Positions 21,518 through 34,645 of a stretch of DNA of 64,000 nt are shown piece after piece (the first letter of the stretch is position 1; the number at the start of each line of letters is the position of its first letter). Location of the stretch: NCBI RefSeq assembly GCF_964204645.1, contig NC_134028.1:20704345-20768344 (forward strand), written 5' to 3'. Made by a program: the position numbers and the translations under genes. Under the pieces are notes generated by a model. That model was given only the letters and a program-made list of their open reading frames with translations, made no database searches and had not been told where the DNA came from. The stretch comes from Tubulanus polymorphus (Eukaryota; Animalia; Nemertea).

Positions 21518-24500
21518 ATGAATAAACAAAACTTAAAACGAGCACTCGACCAGGATTTAACAAACCATCAGAAAAAAGACGACATCATCGTCAAAAAACC
21601 TAAAAAAGCTTGTTTATCAACGAGAAAAAATGACTATTCACGCGACGGATGCAATTATTCGTTCCGTAAACCACAGGAAATCGGATGTTTTTCAGTGGAC
21701 AAAAATCGTGGTTTCTGCGACGACGCGAAAAATAAATTGAAAGTTTACTACAACCCTCCGCCCTCCTCGTCGTCAGCAGCAGGGCAGCCCTCGGAGGCGC
21801 ATCGGGTTCGTTTCGACCTGAAAGTCGGGTTTAGTTCGTTCGATAATCGAGATAAAGTAAAGCCGAACGTCAAGATATCTCCGGTGCCTATCGATTTATT
21901 GCTCAAGTGGATCGTATCGAAGAAACATGTTCTCTTACGCTCCGATCAACAAAGTAAGAAGTGAGTAAGAGTGATTTTGTTTTGAAATTCACAACGAAAA
22001 TCAACATACGGTTCCCACTAGTCTGAATACCAGTTGTTGTTACGGTTCCGTTTCAGGAACAACGGCTAGGTACTAGACAAGGTTCCCACAGAACAGGGAA
22101 ATCGCATCCTCGCTTGCCAGGGGTCCGGTATCACTCCCGAACTCGCTTCCACCAGCTCCCTGGCCTCACGAAGCGTGATTTCATTAATGGCGCTGTTGCG
22201 CATGACGTCATATATCGATTTGCGAAATACTTCTTTGTTCAGTAAAACGTTCGCTGATTGGTCCATTTAACGGGAAAACCAATAGAAGCCTTAAGTCGTT
22301 TGTTACAAGCGCTGTGATTGGTACGACCGGATTCTGGTCGGCTAGTAACGACTCCAACGACTCGTGGGGTCAAAGCGTTCGAGGAACAGCTTTAGCGTAG
22401 TGGGTTCGAATCCCTTGACGGTTGAAGATGGCTAATCGGGGAAAACTTGAGAATTTTGATTCTCATTTTGGAAATATTGAGGAATTTAAGAAATTTTCCT
22501 CAAATCAGGGAAATATTTGGGAAATTCATTTACATTTTATGGTTCATTCACAAAGAGGGCAATTTTTCTTCAGCAATTTCTCTTGAAAATCACCTTTATC
22601 AACCAGTCATCACTAATAAGATAAAAACCCACTATCTACAGATTAAAAGAATTTAAAAACAAGAATTTATTTATTCAATCTAAAATATATATAAGACACG
22701 ACGTTTCGATCTCACCCTAGAGATCATCATCAGGTGTGAGATATAGGTTAAAACGGGGGGGGGGGGGGGGTATATATACAGAGGAGAACAGGTTAATTGA
22801 GTAAATTGGTGAGTGAGTAAATAATTAGTGTTTGGCAAGGCATGAAGTAATATACTTAGAAAGAAGGGAATTGTGCGGAGAAAAGCCATTATTCAAATTG
22901 GTACTAATATCTGAGTGACGAGTAATTAGGGCAGACTTAACTTTGTGGCGTTTAGTGTAATTGCTGGAAGTATAAATAATTTCGGCTTTATCAAAATTAA
23001 AATGATGACCAGTGTTCCAAACGTGATTGGCTACGCCAGTCATCACTAAAATCAGTCATCACTATTGTTGACTATAGAGCATGATTTTCTTCATTTCCGT
23101 TCGGAAAAATTAAAAAATCACCCATGAAAAACTTGCAAAAAACCTGAAAATTTTTAATTCATGTTTATCGTGGGAACCATGAATCAAGCGGGTTCTAAAA
23201 CAGTGGCTTTGATAAACTGAATGAATTGAATACCGTGAGGTTTTTTGTCTGTATTTCAGTTTGTTGACTGATTTCATCTCGTGGAGAGGAATTCTGACAC
23301 GGATTCTGTGCACGCCTTATGAAACACGCGACGCGTGGATCATCGCGGTCAGCAAATTCAACGGCACGTTTTATCTGTGCGAATTTGAAACGGAAAAGAA
23401 ACTACGAGAGGCTTTGAATCCGGAACCGAGACATGAACAGATGTCGTATTGGGGATATAAATTTGAGCACTACGTCACATGTGAACGCAGTAAGTAACGA
23501 TGCAGGTATCAATCACCACCCCCTCTCCCCCTCAGCCTAAAACTACCCCCTCAGTCTGAAACTACCCCTTCAGCACCTCAACCTGGAACTTCACCTAGAT
23601 CCTCAGTGTCTGGATACCAAAGACAGGATTGTAGAGTGACAGAGATCACTGTGGATACAACCACTGCCGGGACTGGGCGAACCTGGATCTACCCACTTAT
23701 CGGCCTGGAACTACCCACCTCAATCCGGAGCCACCACAGCCTGGAACCACCCCCACAGCCCGAAACTACCCACCTCATCTAGTATCTACTCCTTCAGATT
23801 CAGCCTGCAGCCCATTCAGCGTCCTGCGTTATTCCACATTATCTTGATACCTCCACCTTGGCCTCAAACCACTCTCTCAGTCTGACATTTGTAGCCTATC
23901 CACCCCCTTCAGATCACTATTGTAGTGTAGTGTGAAGTTTGAGCGATTGATAAAATGTCATAATCTTTGGTCTCTTATCTGAGAAGGCCTGGATATTGGA
24001 TCCAGACTGAGAGGGAGCACATTCAAGTTTGAGGAGGTGCAGAATCCAGGCCGACAGAGTTGCAGGATCCAGGTTGAGAGGACCTTTATTGATGGTCAAT
24101 GGCGTACTGCTCTAATACCTATATAAGAAACACCTTAATATATTGTTTGTTATACCGGTATTTCTATGTAGAGAATGGAGAAGTTGGTTGCCCCGAAGAT
24201 CCATCAACACCGATCAACAATTCCGAATGTTTCAACACAGTTCTCAGATCGAGATTGAATTCACATTCACTCAGTAAATATTAAACCGCTCGCACTGCGT
24301 GAAGTGAGCCTTCACATCTGTCTCGGTTTCTTTAAGAGTGGAATTCTAGTTTTCAGCGCCGAAGTAGATTGTGTAGATCCTGCTCGGACCGATCGGTCTC
24401 AAGACGGGTATATCGAACTGAAAACCAGCCGCGAATTCACTCACCCTCGACAAAAAACAAGCTTTAAACGGTAAAGAATATATGTAACCTGAATCAAATT

Positions 24501-27139
24501 ACATTCATCTACGCTGTGATACAGGTAGAATACTGCTGTCTGGACCCTGTACCCCTCAGCCATTAGAATTTATCAGTACAATATCTGATCATCCATAATC
24601 CACATGTGTTCATCGCTTCACCCTGCATAGTTTTAATCGGAAATATACCAGACCTCAGACAATTCATATTGTAAACTAATAATGAAGTTATGGTTATTTG
24701 ATTTCCATAGCGTCCTTTTCCCTGTTATACCTAGGCCTATCCTTTAAAAATTGGTATTACACAATTTATTACCACCAGCCTATAACTCTAACCATGTATC
24801 AGTCATCACGATTGGTAGAACACTATATCCGTGTTGACGCGATGAGGAGAGAATCCCACAATGATAATAAAAAGTCCGAAAAAGAAACTTCGAGATAGTA
24901 GTTTATTTCAACGTTTCGACTATATCCTAATAGTCATCTTCAGGAATAATGAGGAATTATTCCTGAAGATGACTATTAGGATATAGTCGAAACGTTGAAA
25001 TTAACTACTATCTCGAAGCTTCTTTTTCGGACTTTTTATTATCATTGTGGGATTCTCTCCTCATGTATCAGTCATCTCTCCCTGGGGAGATGTAACATCC
25101 GAGCAGCTGCTCATGAGTCATCTATCAGGCCAGGTACCCATTTACTCCTGGGCGAAGAGAGGCAATGAGGATAATAAAGTGTTTTTACCTGGTGACAATA
25201 CGCGGTAATGTGTGATATTCGAACCATGACCTGGCTAACCAGAGTCGAACGCTCTAACCACTCCTCTACTCTGCTCCATAATCGGCACACTTGCAAAAAC
25301 TGATCCTCCGAACTTCACAATACGATATTGAATGAAGGGCAGTGCCTGCATGTTGTACATGTCTGGAGGCAATGGCTCCAGGCTGTAGATATCTGAAAAG
25401 GTGCAGGACCCAAGTTGCAGATTGATACTTAAGTACCGTTATGAATATTGAACCACTAATAAAATCTACTTTCCCCCATTATATTTCTCTATAGATACAA
25501 GCTGTTAAAGTGGTGGGCGCAGTCATATTTAGCCGGTATTAACAGAATCATCTGTGGATTCAGAAACGATGATGGAATTGTCGAGAGATTGCAGTCATAC
25601 GAAGTCGACAATCTGCCCAAGATGGCACAGGTGCGCCCCCTTTCGAAGAAACATCGCAACCCGTTACGAATCAATCAGACTTTTAGAATGCTTTCTTCTG
25701 TTTCGATGCAGGAAGTACCCGGCTCATGGCGACCTGATGTTTGTATGAAATTCTACGACGCGTTTTTATCGTTCGTCAAAGAGACAGTGATCGAAGATGA
25801 TCCTAAGTAAGCGAATTAGAAACGTCACATTTCAGTCTCCAAGATCGTGATAAACACATTCATCGGAACCTCGTTACAACAAGTTTCAGTACCAGAAAAT
25901 ATGTTCGTTATGACCGATAGTTCATTATATCCAGTATGAAATTCATTAAATTTTCTTGGAACGAAATTCTATATTTTTTATATCCGATGAATCGGTGTAT
26001 CTGAGTTCGTTATAACGAGGTTCCATTGTATATCCTTTTTCAACGGCAGTGTTCTTCACCTCTAGCTCAAATATTCAATGAAAATAATACCGATCCGAAC
26101 AGTGGTATTATTTAACAGACTTCTGAATGTAATGATATGAAATCCCGCACTAAGGATAAAAAGAAATGTTACCTTGAGCTTATATTGACGTTCTGACTAT
26201 AGTATCCTAAAAGTCGTGTTTGAGAATGTACTGTATTCGCTACTTCAAGAATACAGTATTCCTGAACATGACAATTAGGATATAAGCTCGATATAAACGT
26301 CCAATAAATATAAGCTCGAGGAAACGTCTCGGACTCATCTTATTCTTAATATGGGATTTTGTACCTTTGTTTACAACTCGTTCGGAGATAAATAAACTTC
26401 GCAATGAATCGTGTGATGAAGAGTTGAAGGTCAAGCAATCACGAAGCCTAAAGTTAAAATATCGGCAGGTTAATAAAGTTCATTTTTAAAAATCTGAATT
26501 TGCGGTTTTCTCACTTAAAACCGTGACCGTGGAATAATAATTTCAATTTTCTCACTAAACACTGAAAACCATGCCTGCTGGGGCTAAAATAGCCCACTGC
26601 CACTGAAGTCCCGAAGTGGGTTAGAAATAAATTTAATATTTTAACTTTTCTGCTTCGTGATTGTGGGACTTATTTTGAACCGACAGTGTTTTTATCGATA
26701 GTTTGACTTTCACCTCTTTCAACTTGACCCTAGTGTAGCTAGTATCACAATGTCATCCATCGATGTTTTCACAGGGCCGTCGGAACAGGGGTGGCCGAAG
26801 CTGCCCCACTTTTTTGCTTAACAAAAATTTTTTTTTTAAGCACGCTGTACCGCGTAGCAGCTCGTCGTTCTCTGTACTAGGTGGTTGGCTCACGACTTCT
26901 CATGCTTCTGTGGTGAACGAGACCGTGAAATGGCCCCAAAACGCATCTCCGGCGATTGAATTTTCCAAATTTTTCTAGGGGAGGGCCCCCAGACCACCCT
27001 TCCGAAATAAGCCTCGCCACTGAAAAATTCCTTCCGATGGCTCTGGTTCATTGGGTTCGTGTATTTCTATATTTACAGAGTTGTTCATCTGTTTCGATTT
27101 GATCCCGACGTTAGACGCGATGAAGTGTTTATCGAGGAG
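21518..27139 (+). CDS. DXO: Decapping exoribonuclease DXO/Dom3Z/Rai1, 7 exons
   Basis: Approximate exons 21518-21960, 23260-23489, 24172-24273, 24350-24470, 25495-25630, 25712-25806, 27079-27139; motifs FRKPQEIGCFS, DFISWRGILTRI, YWGYKFE, SAEVD, YIELKTS, KWWAQSYLAGI..I.CGFR, FLPDWY. Confidence 0.95.
22105..22430. repeat. Dispersed repeat, copy 1 (second copy 57427-57752), with B-box-like GGTTCGAATCC
   Basis: About 325 bp near-identical in the same orientation at two sites 35 kb apart. Confidence 0.9.
22617..23035 (-). mobile_element. 5'-truncated Penelope-like element (end of GIY-YIG ORF plus pLTR)
   Basis: ORF 22825-23046 VANHVWNTGHHFNFDKAEII...NYTKR..KSALI resembles the PLE endonuclease C-terminus; hammerhead downstream; flanked by CCAGTCATCACTAA at 22603 and 23036. 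Confidence 0.85.
22696..22737 (-). ncRNA. Minimal type I hammerhead ribozyme
   Basis: ACAC-CUGAUGA-U-GAUCUC(UAGGGU)GAGAUC-GAAAC-GUC-GUGU. Confidence 0.85.
24808..25064. mobile_element. Penelope pLTR-derived fold-back with two inverted hammerhead motifs
   Basis: About 109-bp arms (24842-24950 and 24956-25064) with a 5-nt loop; each arm has CTGAAGA-TGACTAT..ATAGTC-GAAACGTT; CATGTATCAGTCATC duplicated at 24793 and 25062. Confidence 0.85.
25128..25279 (-). mobile_element. tRNA-derived SINE remnant
   Basis: Minus strand: A-box-like AGAGGAGTGGTTAGAGCG, B-box-like GGTTCGAATATC, body ..CCCAGGAGTAAATGGGTACC. Confidence 0.7.
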
Positions 27140-27573
27140 CAGCGTCGCGATTCACCGTACGTCTTCCTACCCGACTGGTACATCCACGAAATGACCTGAC
27201 AAAACGTTAATTACGAAAAACGCGAATTCATTTCAAGTTTGTTTAATTCTCGTGCTTTTAATTTAATTCATCGTAAACATTCAAACAATAACATTAAACA
27301 TTTTATATCACGTCACAACCGCTTAAATTGTGAGAATAAATAATTTTGTTGGGTAGTTTAAGCTTCTTAACCCTTTCAGTGCATCTACACCGCATGGCGG
27401 TGTATATATTAGTGACTTTGCTTGTACGCTGCATTGCGGTGTATTGGTAAAATTAGTAATTAGTATTATCTCTATTCATGGGCGTCACCAGGCTTTTTTG
27501 GCGAGTTCGGTTTTAGGAATAGTCTTGGGGTCTAATTTTTGAAAATTTAGACTGGTTCCCATTTACTTGCATG

Positions 27574-27741
27574 TACAGTCAACCCCCGATATACTGCCCT
27601 CCCATATACTACCATCCCTGCTTACCGCCAGGTTTTCTCAATGTACATCTCAATCCATTTACATAGGAAAACACCCCCGATATACTGCCATACTCTCCAT
27701 ACCGCCAAAATCGTTCTACACCGATGTGGGGGTTGACTGTA
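27574..27741. mobile_element. Tc1/mariner-type MITE (TA-flanked CAGTCAACCCC TIR); relatives at 36117-36252, about 41499-41674 and about 18640-18770
   Basis: TACAGTCAACCCCC...GGGGGTTGACTGTA. Confidence 0.85.
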
Positions 27742-27961
27742 TCAATTTCATTTTGCTAGTTAAGCAAATGCAGAATATGTGCCGATGTTTGTCGACGTGT
27801 GAAAATTCAAAAAAGGTGGTTCGTTTGAACTACTGAACCCCTAGGGACGCCCATGCTATTGAAAGATGGCAGCCCCTGTTGAAATATTAACAACTAACGA
27901 TACGCCGCACCACAGTGAACACGCACTATAGTGGCATGCCCTTAGCACTTCGGGGTATTAG

Positions 27962-30900
27962 TCAGCAACAAAGAGATTTTGTCTTTTTGAGGTTGTAAAC
28001 GTGAAGGCATAAATCATCGTTAACAGTGACGAGCGTGCTGATGGAGTCAGTTTCACCGGTTAATAATAAACAAGATGGCGGCGGCTGAGTTGAATCTAAC
28101 CGAGCTACGGTCGTCGCGTTATAAACATCCCGTAGTTCGATTGATTTATCCGACTGGAAAACGATGTAATCAGAGATGACCGAAACTTGTGACAGTAATC
28201 TGAAATGCATGCATGAGCATAATTCTTCTAAGAATGGGAGAATGAGAGATAATAAACAGGAAACCAGTGTTTTGTTGCGCCCTGGTGGTGCCAGTATCTG
28301 TGTATTTCATCATCAGGGTCCGATCTAAGCACTTGTCCGATTGCCCGGGACAAGTATATTTTCATCAGCGCAAGTAGGTAATCATAATCACTTGTCCGCC
28401 GGGCTAGTGCAATTTTATGTCACAAAGCTTTTTTCCCACTCGATACAACGGATGATAGTGCCACCAATCGCACTGCCTGTGAAGGGCAAGTATTTTTTGG
28501 AGGGGGCAAGCCAAATTTCAGATATGCTTGCCCCCTGGACAAGTGGCTTTCATTCCTTAGATCGGACCCTGATAATGTGAGATATTTGAATGGAATGATT
28601 TGAGAAACCCTTACCCGTAACTAGTGTTGTTATATCGCTGTAAAATGACTGATGATTTTGTGTGCGGGTTCACAGCTAATAGAACAACACCGCGAGTTTC
28701 ATCTTCGACTATCAAATACAGTAGACCCTGCAAAATGATTAAAACAAAACGCTACAAAACGCTATCAACCTGAGAACATGAGTGAGAGCAGAGAGAGGAG
28801 AGGAAATCAGGGGGAGGAGAGGAAAGCAGGGGAGGAGAGGGAGAGAACAGAGGAGAGGTAGATGTAGGTGAGTAAGGGAGATAGGAGAGAAAGAGTGAGA
28901 TGGAGAGATATGTATACCTGTTCATGTTTAGCAAGCAGACACGATTTCAACGAGTTGATCGTTTCATTCAGATCGATCATTTTCACGATTGCTCCACTAT
29001 CACAACTCCTACAATCACAAACATCTCATATATCTAACAGTTCTTCGCCCTTTGCAGCAGGATTTAGCCAGTAATCTTCAAATTAGGGTAACATGTGTGC
29101 TGGGCCATGCACTAACTGATTTCTCAATGAAATATAGTAGAGTACGCATAAGTCAACTATGTTTAACTCAGAATACGCATAAGTCGGACCAAAAATGACT
29201 GTCCCAAGTGATCCCAAGTAAATGTCTCCTCATTCCAAGTGATCCCAAGTACATGTCTCTTCATTCCAAGTAGTCCCAAGTACATGCCCCCTCATTTCTC
29301 ATAGAGATGTCATGTAAAAAAAAGCCACTATACCTACATATATGGTTATAATGGGCTAAGCCTAGGGTTAAATCACTTCTGGAATTGTGGTGGACAGACC
29401 CTAGATGACCAAGAGCTGGTAACCTGGTTAACGACATGGGACGGATTAAATGGTACTCAAAACTTGACTTCAGAATGCTCAGTATCAGATTAGAACACTT
29501 ATGTATATATGTATACACGTGTGTGTATATGGGGTTTTATATACCGGTAGGCCTAAAGAGAATCAGTTTTAAGAAAAGATGGAAAGTTTTAAGTAAAGTA
29601 CAAAGCGGTGGGTCCGCAGATCTAAAAAATCATTTTCTTTGGGGAACAACGAAATTCCAGCGAAGCTTAGAAAAGGCCCTAAATTTCTTCAGCGGACACC
29701 ACCCTCTCCTTTAACCCTGGATCCACCCTTGGTACAGTAAACCTTGCCTTAAATGGACACGGCCAATTTAGACATTTGACTCTGCAGGACTTAGGACTTG
29801 ACTTACCTCAGACTGATTTAGCCAGTCCCAGTAAAGCGAGGTTTGCTGTATCATTTTTAGCCTAATGCACATATGGAAATTCAGTAGAAACGATTGAAAT
29901 CTCACCAGAATGTGATCGACCGATTACTGCAAGCTAAAACCAACGATCTGATACCGTCAACGCAAACCAACGAGTAAACGTCGTCGTCGATCGAGTCGAA
30001 ATCTAGATTCGCCAGGACCGTCGTGTAGTTGTGGCCGAGGATGAATTTCGTGAGGATCGTTTTCCATTTCAAACGACGACCGACGATGACTTCGCGATCG
30101 CAATCCGGATAGCACAGCATCGGATTCGAGTACCTACAAATTAAATGATGAACACACAGTCCTGTTAGTTCAATGCTGCCCGCGCTTCATAAACTAAATC
30201 TCTGATATTCTCTGAGACATTCTTAAGGGGTCATTCATTTATTACATACGAATTCGGGGAGGGGTGAAAAAATGGCCGATTTTGCGTACAGAGGGGTTGA
30301 AAAATTCAAATTCTATGCGTAAGTAATAAATGGATGATCCCTAATTGAAAATTAACTACAGTGGAACCTTGTTATATTAATCGGTTATTAAAACCTTACC
30401 AATAACCTAGAATTTTATCCCCAATAGGACAATTTTCAAACAGTGGAAAAGGAATCGAAAATGAACATCAGCTTATAGACATTTCAATGTGATCGTCCAA
30501 ATGGTGAATGTTTGAAGTGGGTGGCTCCACGCTACGAGGAATCGAGGTCAAACAAGTGAAAGGAACAATTCATTACTTACTTTGATTGAGACTTCGATAG
30601 GTCACCGTGGCACAGAATCCTAGAAGAGTTACGCCCCCCTCCCCTACCGGTGCGTGCTGCTTGTAAATTGCATGTATAAATCTTAGCTGAACTTTGCATC
30701 TTATCGACTGAACACAAGACAAATGCAAGCAAAAATCTGTGAGAAATAATACAACAGCTTAATATTTCAACACACTGAAAATAAATAGAGATAATTTTCA
30801 ATTAGTTTTAACATACATAATCGGTTTATGCAGGTAAATTGACGGCCTGGAAGCACCTCCAGTTAGACATTCTGCAGCCTGGTACCAACAACCCTCGGGC

Positions 30901-33900
30901 ATTTATCATGTTTTGTGTGAAAGTTTGCTGATAAAATCTCAATTACTGGTAAAAATGTCTAAGACGAAGTGCTGAGCAAATGTAAGATGTGAACGATCAG
31001 TTATTGAAATCAAGCAGAGAGAACGACTTATTTACGGTGTTCGTAGTTCATTTTCAATCACGTGAAGTCTAAATAACCAAAATGGGAAGAATTGAGACTG
31101 AAGAGTCCAGACTGAGGATTTTTTGGGTCTAGGCTGATAAGGTACAGGGTCCTGGCTAAAAGGGTAAAGGGTTCAGGCTGAGGAGGTGCAGGGCCCTAGC
31201 TAAGAGGGGTATAGGGTTTAGGCTGACGAGGTGCAGGGTCCTAGCTAAGAGGGGTATAGGGTTCAGGCTGACGAGGTGCAGAGTCCTAGCTAAGAGGGGT
31301 ATAGGGTTCAGGCTGGCGAGGTGCAGGGTCCTGGCTAAAAGGGGTGTAGGGTTCAGGCTGAGGTGGTGCAGGGTCCTAGCTAAGAGGGGTATATGGTTCA
31401 AGGATTCAGATGGTAGGCACCTATAGTTTCCAGATATAGAAGGGTTTCAATCATTTGTAGTTATTTTCAATAATGTGAAGTCTGGATGACCAAAATGGGA
31501 AGAATGGAGATATAGTTTGAATCTCTGGGGGAGCAGGGTCTGGGCTAAAGGATCCAGAATGAGGAGCTGTAGGGTCCTGGCTGAGAGGGATGCAGGCTTC
31601 TGGAAGGGATGTGTAGGTCCAGGCCGAGAGGGATGTAGGGTTCAGACTACAGAGTGATGGTATAGTTTCGAGATACAGATTAGTAAACCGTACTTGTTTA
31701 TGGTTGAAAGATCGTAATTTTCTCCAGTGTTTATCATTCTCTTCGTCGTCCTCGATCAATACGACTGTCTGTGAGTTTGAACACAGAATGATCACATTCA
31801 CGTTGTCCCCCGCTTTAGTAATAACCCGACCTACTCGTCCTACCGTAGGTCGAAACTTCATATTCATCGCCGATAGCTAGAAAAACATATACGGTAATCA
31901 CAGTAGAATAGCCACACTCTGTTTTTGAGAATAGATAATAAAGTCTGGCTCCCAGATCCCAACTTTCAGAATAATACTAGCTAGGATTTTATGGAATTTT
32001 TCAGGGTTTAATGGTAACATATACGGCTTCAATTTCAGAAGGGGTACCCATAAGTTTAAAACCACTATATACAATACTAAAAGATTAGACTAAAAATATT
32101 TATAACCTTATTTCTCATTTCTGCTAAGCTTAAAAGTTGACGCGGCCCGTCGCCTATATACCCTGTACATAATTTTTTTTTGAAAAGATCAAGCTAACAA
32201 TAAAAGACCTGGCAGCTATAGAAATGAACTGATTACAAATTTCATTGCAGCGATCCGGCTGATTAGGAGATACTAGGTACCATTTTCTCTTAGCCTTGTA
32301 AGCGAAATTTATCACCCAAGAAATAAGAATAAACTAGGGGTTCAGGGACACCATGCCCACTTGGGAAGTGGTTCGAAATGCTCAACAATCTAACAATTTC
32401 AATATTCAACGCCCCCTGGTGACCATATACAGAATCCAATAACCTTGAAACTCACCACAATCATAGAACATGTCAGCAGCTACGATTTTGTAATTGATTG
32501 TGATAACAAAATATGCCTCGTTACCACTTTAATATGGAAATACTAAGTTATTCTACTATTCAACGCCCCCTGGTGACCATATTCAAAACCCAATGACATT
32601 GAAACTCACCACAATCATAGAACATGTCACGAACTATAACTTTGTAATTGATCATGGTAACAAAATATGCCTAGGTACCAATATAATAAGGAAATACTAA
32701 GTTATTCTACTATTCAACGCCCCCTGGTGACCATATAGAATAACTAATGGCCTTAAAACTTGCCACAATCATAGATGATGTCATGAGCTACAACTTTGCA
32801 ATTGATTGTGGTTACAAAATATGCATTGATACGAATATAATATAGAAATACTAAGATATTGCATTATTCAACGCCCCCTGGTGGCCATATACAAAAACCA
32901 ATGACCTTGAAACTCACCACAATCATAAAACACGTTATGAGCTACAACTTTCTAAATGATTGTGGTAACAAAATACGCTTAGGTATCAATATAATGTGGA
33001 AAAACTTTTTCCCACTTACGAATGAGTACTGCTGACACCAAGATGGCCGCCAATTGCGTCATAATTGGCTGATGAAAAATACCTGTCTCAGGTATAAAAC
33101 ATCCCTTTCCAAAGAATACCCATCACAAATTGCAATGAGAAATGATAAACCAGTAGGAAGCTACAGGACTCAGAATTTGGGCCAAAATTAACATTTTTGG
33201 GCACTAAAAAGGTCATAGGACGGCCATCTTGAGTCCGATCGACCCAATTTTTGTTACGCTGATGGGGCCTGGGGGAATTCACATAATAGGTAAATAAAGG
33301 TAATTGAGGTAATTGATCAAAGCGTCTTCAAAATTTCCCTCAAAAAGTTCAAAAATGTGTAAAAAGTGCTGATTTTGGCGAACAACAATGGCTGCCAGTT
33401 GGCCATCTTGAATCTGACAGGGCCAGTTTTTTGGCTGAAGATGTGTCTAGGGTAGATACATGTGTAACCCAAATATCAAGACATTACCTTGAAGCGTCTT
33501 CAAAACTTCCCAAAATAACTGGATTCCGTCTACGGACGGACGGACGATGGACGAAAAGTGAACGCAATAGCCCGCTGGGACTAAAGTCCCAAGTGGGCTA
33601 AAAAGACGCAATGGACTCGCTCTCTTTCTAGAGACCATTGTCAGGTGTATCTCAAATTTCACTTAATCTTTTAAATTGTGTAGCCTATACGGCGGTTTAA
33701 ACTAGTCAATCACATTCTACAACTGTATTAAGCAAAGTTTGGATTATTTTCCAAGACAGCAAGCGAATTACAGGGCAAGCACTACTGAAATTCTTCACTT
33801 TTTTTTACCTGAACACATTTTTTGAAAGTAATAATTTTGTGGTCGTCCATTGAAGTGGAACGATCATTAGAATCGATGGCGCTGAAATTCACCGCTTTTT

Positions 33901-34645
33901 GTTGAACGCTTTTACTCGCTTCATAACTCTCAGACATTTCATTTCGTTTGCGAATTGTTGAAATGTTAGTTGTAAGCTGATCACTAGGCCTAATTCCTTT
34001 TTTGTTCACTCCGTTTTCTGATTCTGTGGAATCGGAATCAGACACCGCGATTCGATCTTTTGCCCTTACACATTCTTCGTTTCTTTGCTGCTCAGATTTA
34101 GTGTCTGTTTCCAGCTGGTCCGGGCCGCTCTGTATCGAGTTGAGTTTCTCAATTTGAAAAGCACCAAATTCATCAGTAGGTAATTCAAAACTGGTACATA
34201 GCACGTTGTGGAACGCGGTAGGGAATTTCGGAAAATGAACTTTCGCAGTCGTGGAGTTTGCCTCGAGCAGGTGTAAACAGCTCGAGGGGGATTTGAACTC
34301 TGAAAAGCCCAGACCGTTTGAGGGTGGTTGGAATGACGGGGATTTAAGCAGGCGTGGCTGTTGTTGATGATTACGAGGATGGCTCGTGTTGGGTGGTTCA
34401 ACCTCCTGAGGTTCATTTTGACTCGATCCAAATAACAGTTCATGAAAGACATCTTCTCCACCATCCCCACGACTACAGGGTAGTGCGGAGAAAGGCACTG
34501 GTATCGCCGTCGGTGTCACTGTCGTCGGCGAGTTGTGAGGTAAACCGGAGGAGGCTGTGACAGTCCGAGATGGGTTAAATTTTCGTTTTCTTCGGGTAAC
34601 TCGGACATTTTTCTTGTCCTTAATATTTTCTGGGGTTTCATCCAT
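27962..34645 (-). CDS. PALB2: PALB2-like protein (low-complexity N-terminal exon plus C-terminal WD40 propeller), about 7 exons
   Basis: Spliced C-terminus SLVCVDGIRSLVLACSNRSITFW|SCDSGAIVKMIDL..CLLAKHEQ|GLLYLIV..VLLAVNPHTKSS..LHVYNL matches, from memory, PALB2 WD40 motifs (VIWNLKTGQLLKKM..SEMGLLFIV..LIVINPKT..IFVY); approximate exons 34645-33809, 31876-31694, 30774-30578, 30132-29906, 29008-28918, 28727-28615, 28199-27962. Confidence 0.7.
31130..31400. repeat. 36-bp minisatellite
   Basis: GGTGCAGGGTCCTAGCTAAGAGGGGTATAGGGTTCAGGCTGA repeated about 6 times (unit length estimated, about 36-42 bp). Confidence 0.85.
32331..33604 (+). mobile_element. Apparently complete pearl/HINE-like (Helentron-associated) non-autonomous element
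   Basis: Four 154-bp core repeats (32407, 32561, 32715, 32869), (GGAC)n tract near 33533, 3' hairpin GCCCGCTGGGACTAAAGTCCCAAGTGGGC then TAAAAA. Confidence 0.75.

Noticed and set aside
22385-22420. tRNA gene
   Set aside because: Only a B-box/T-loop motif; no cloverleaf could be built
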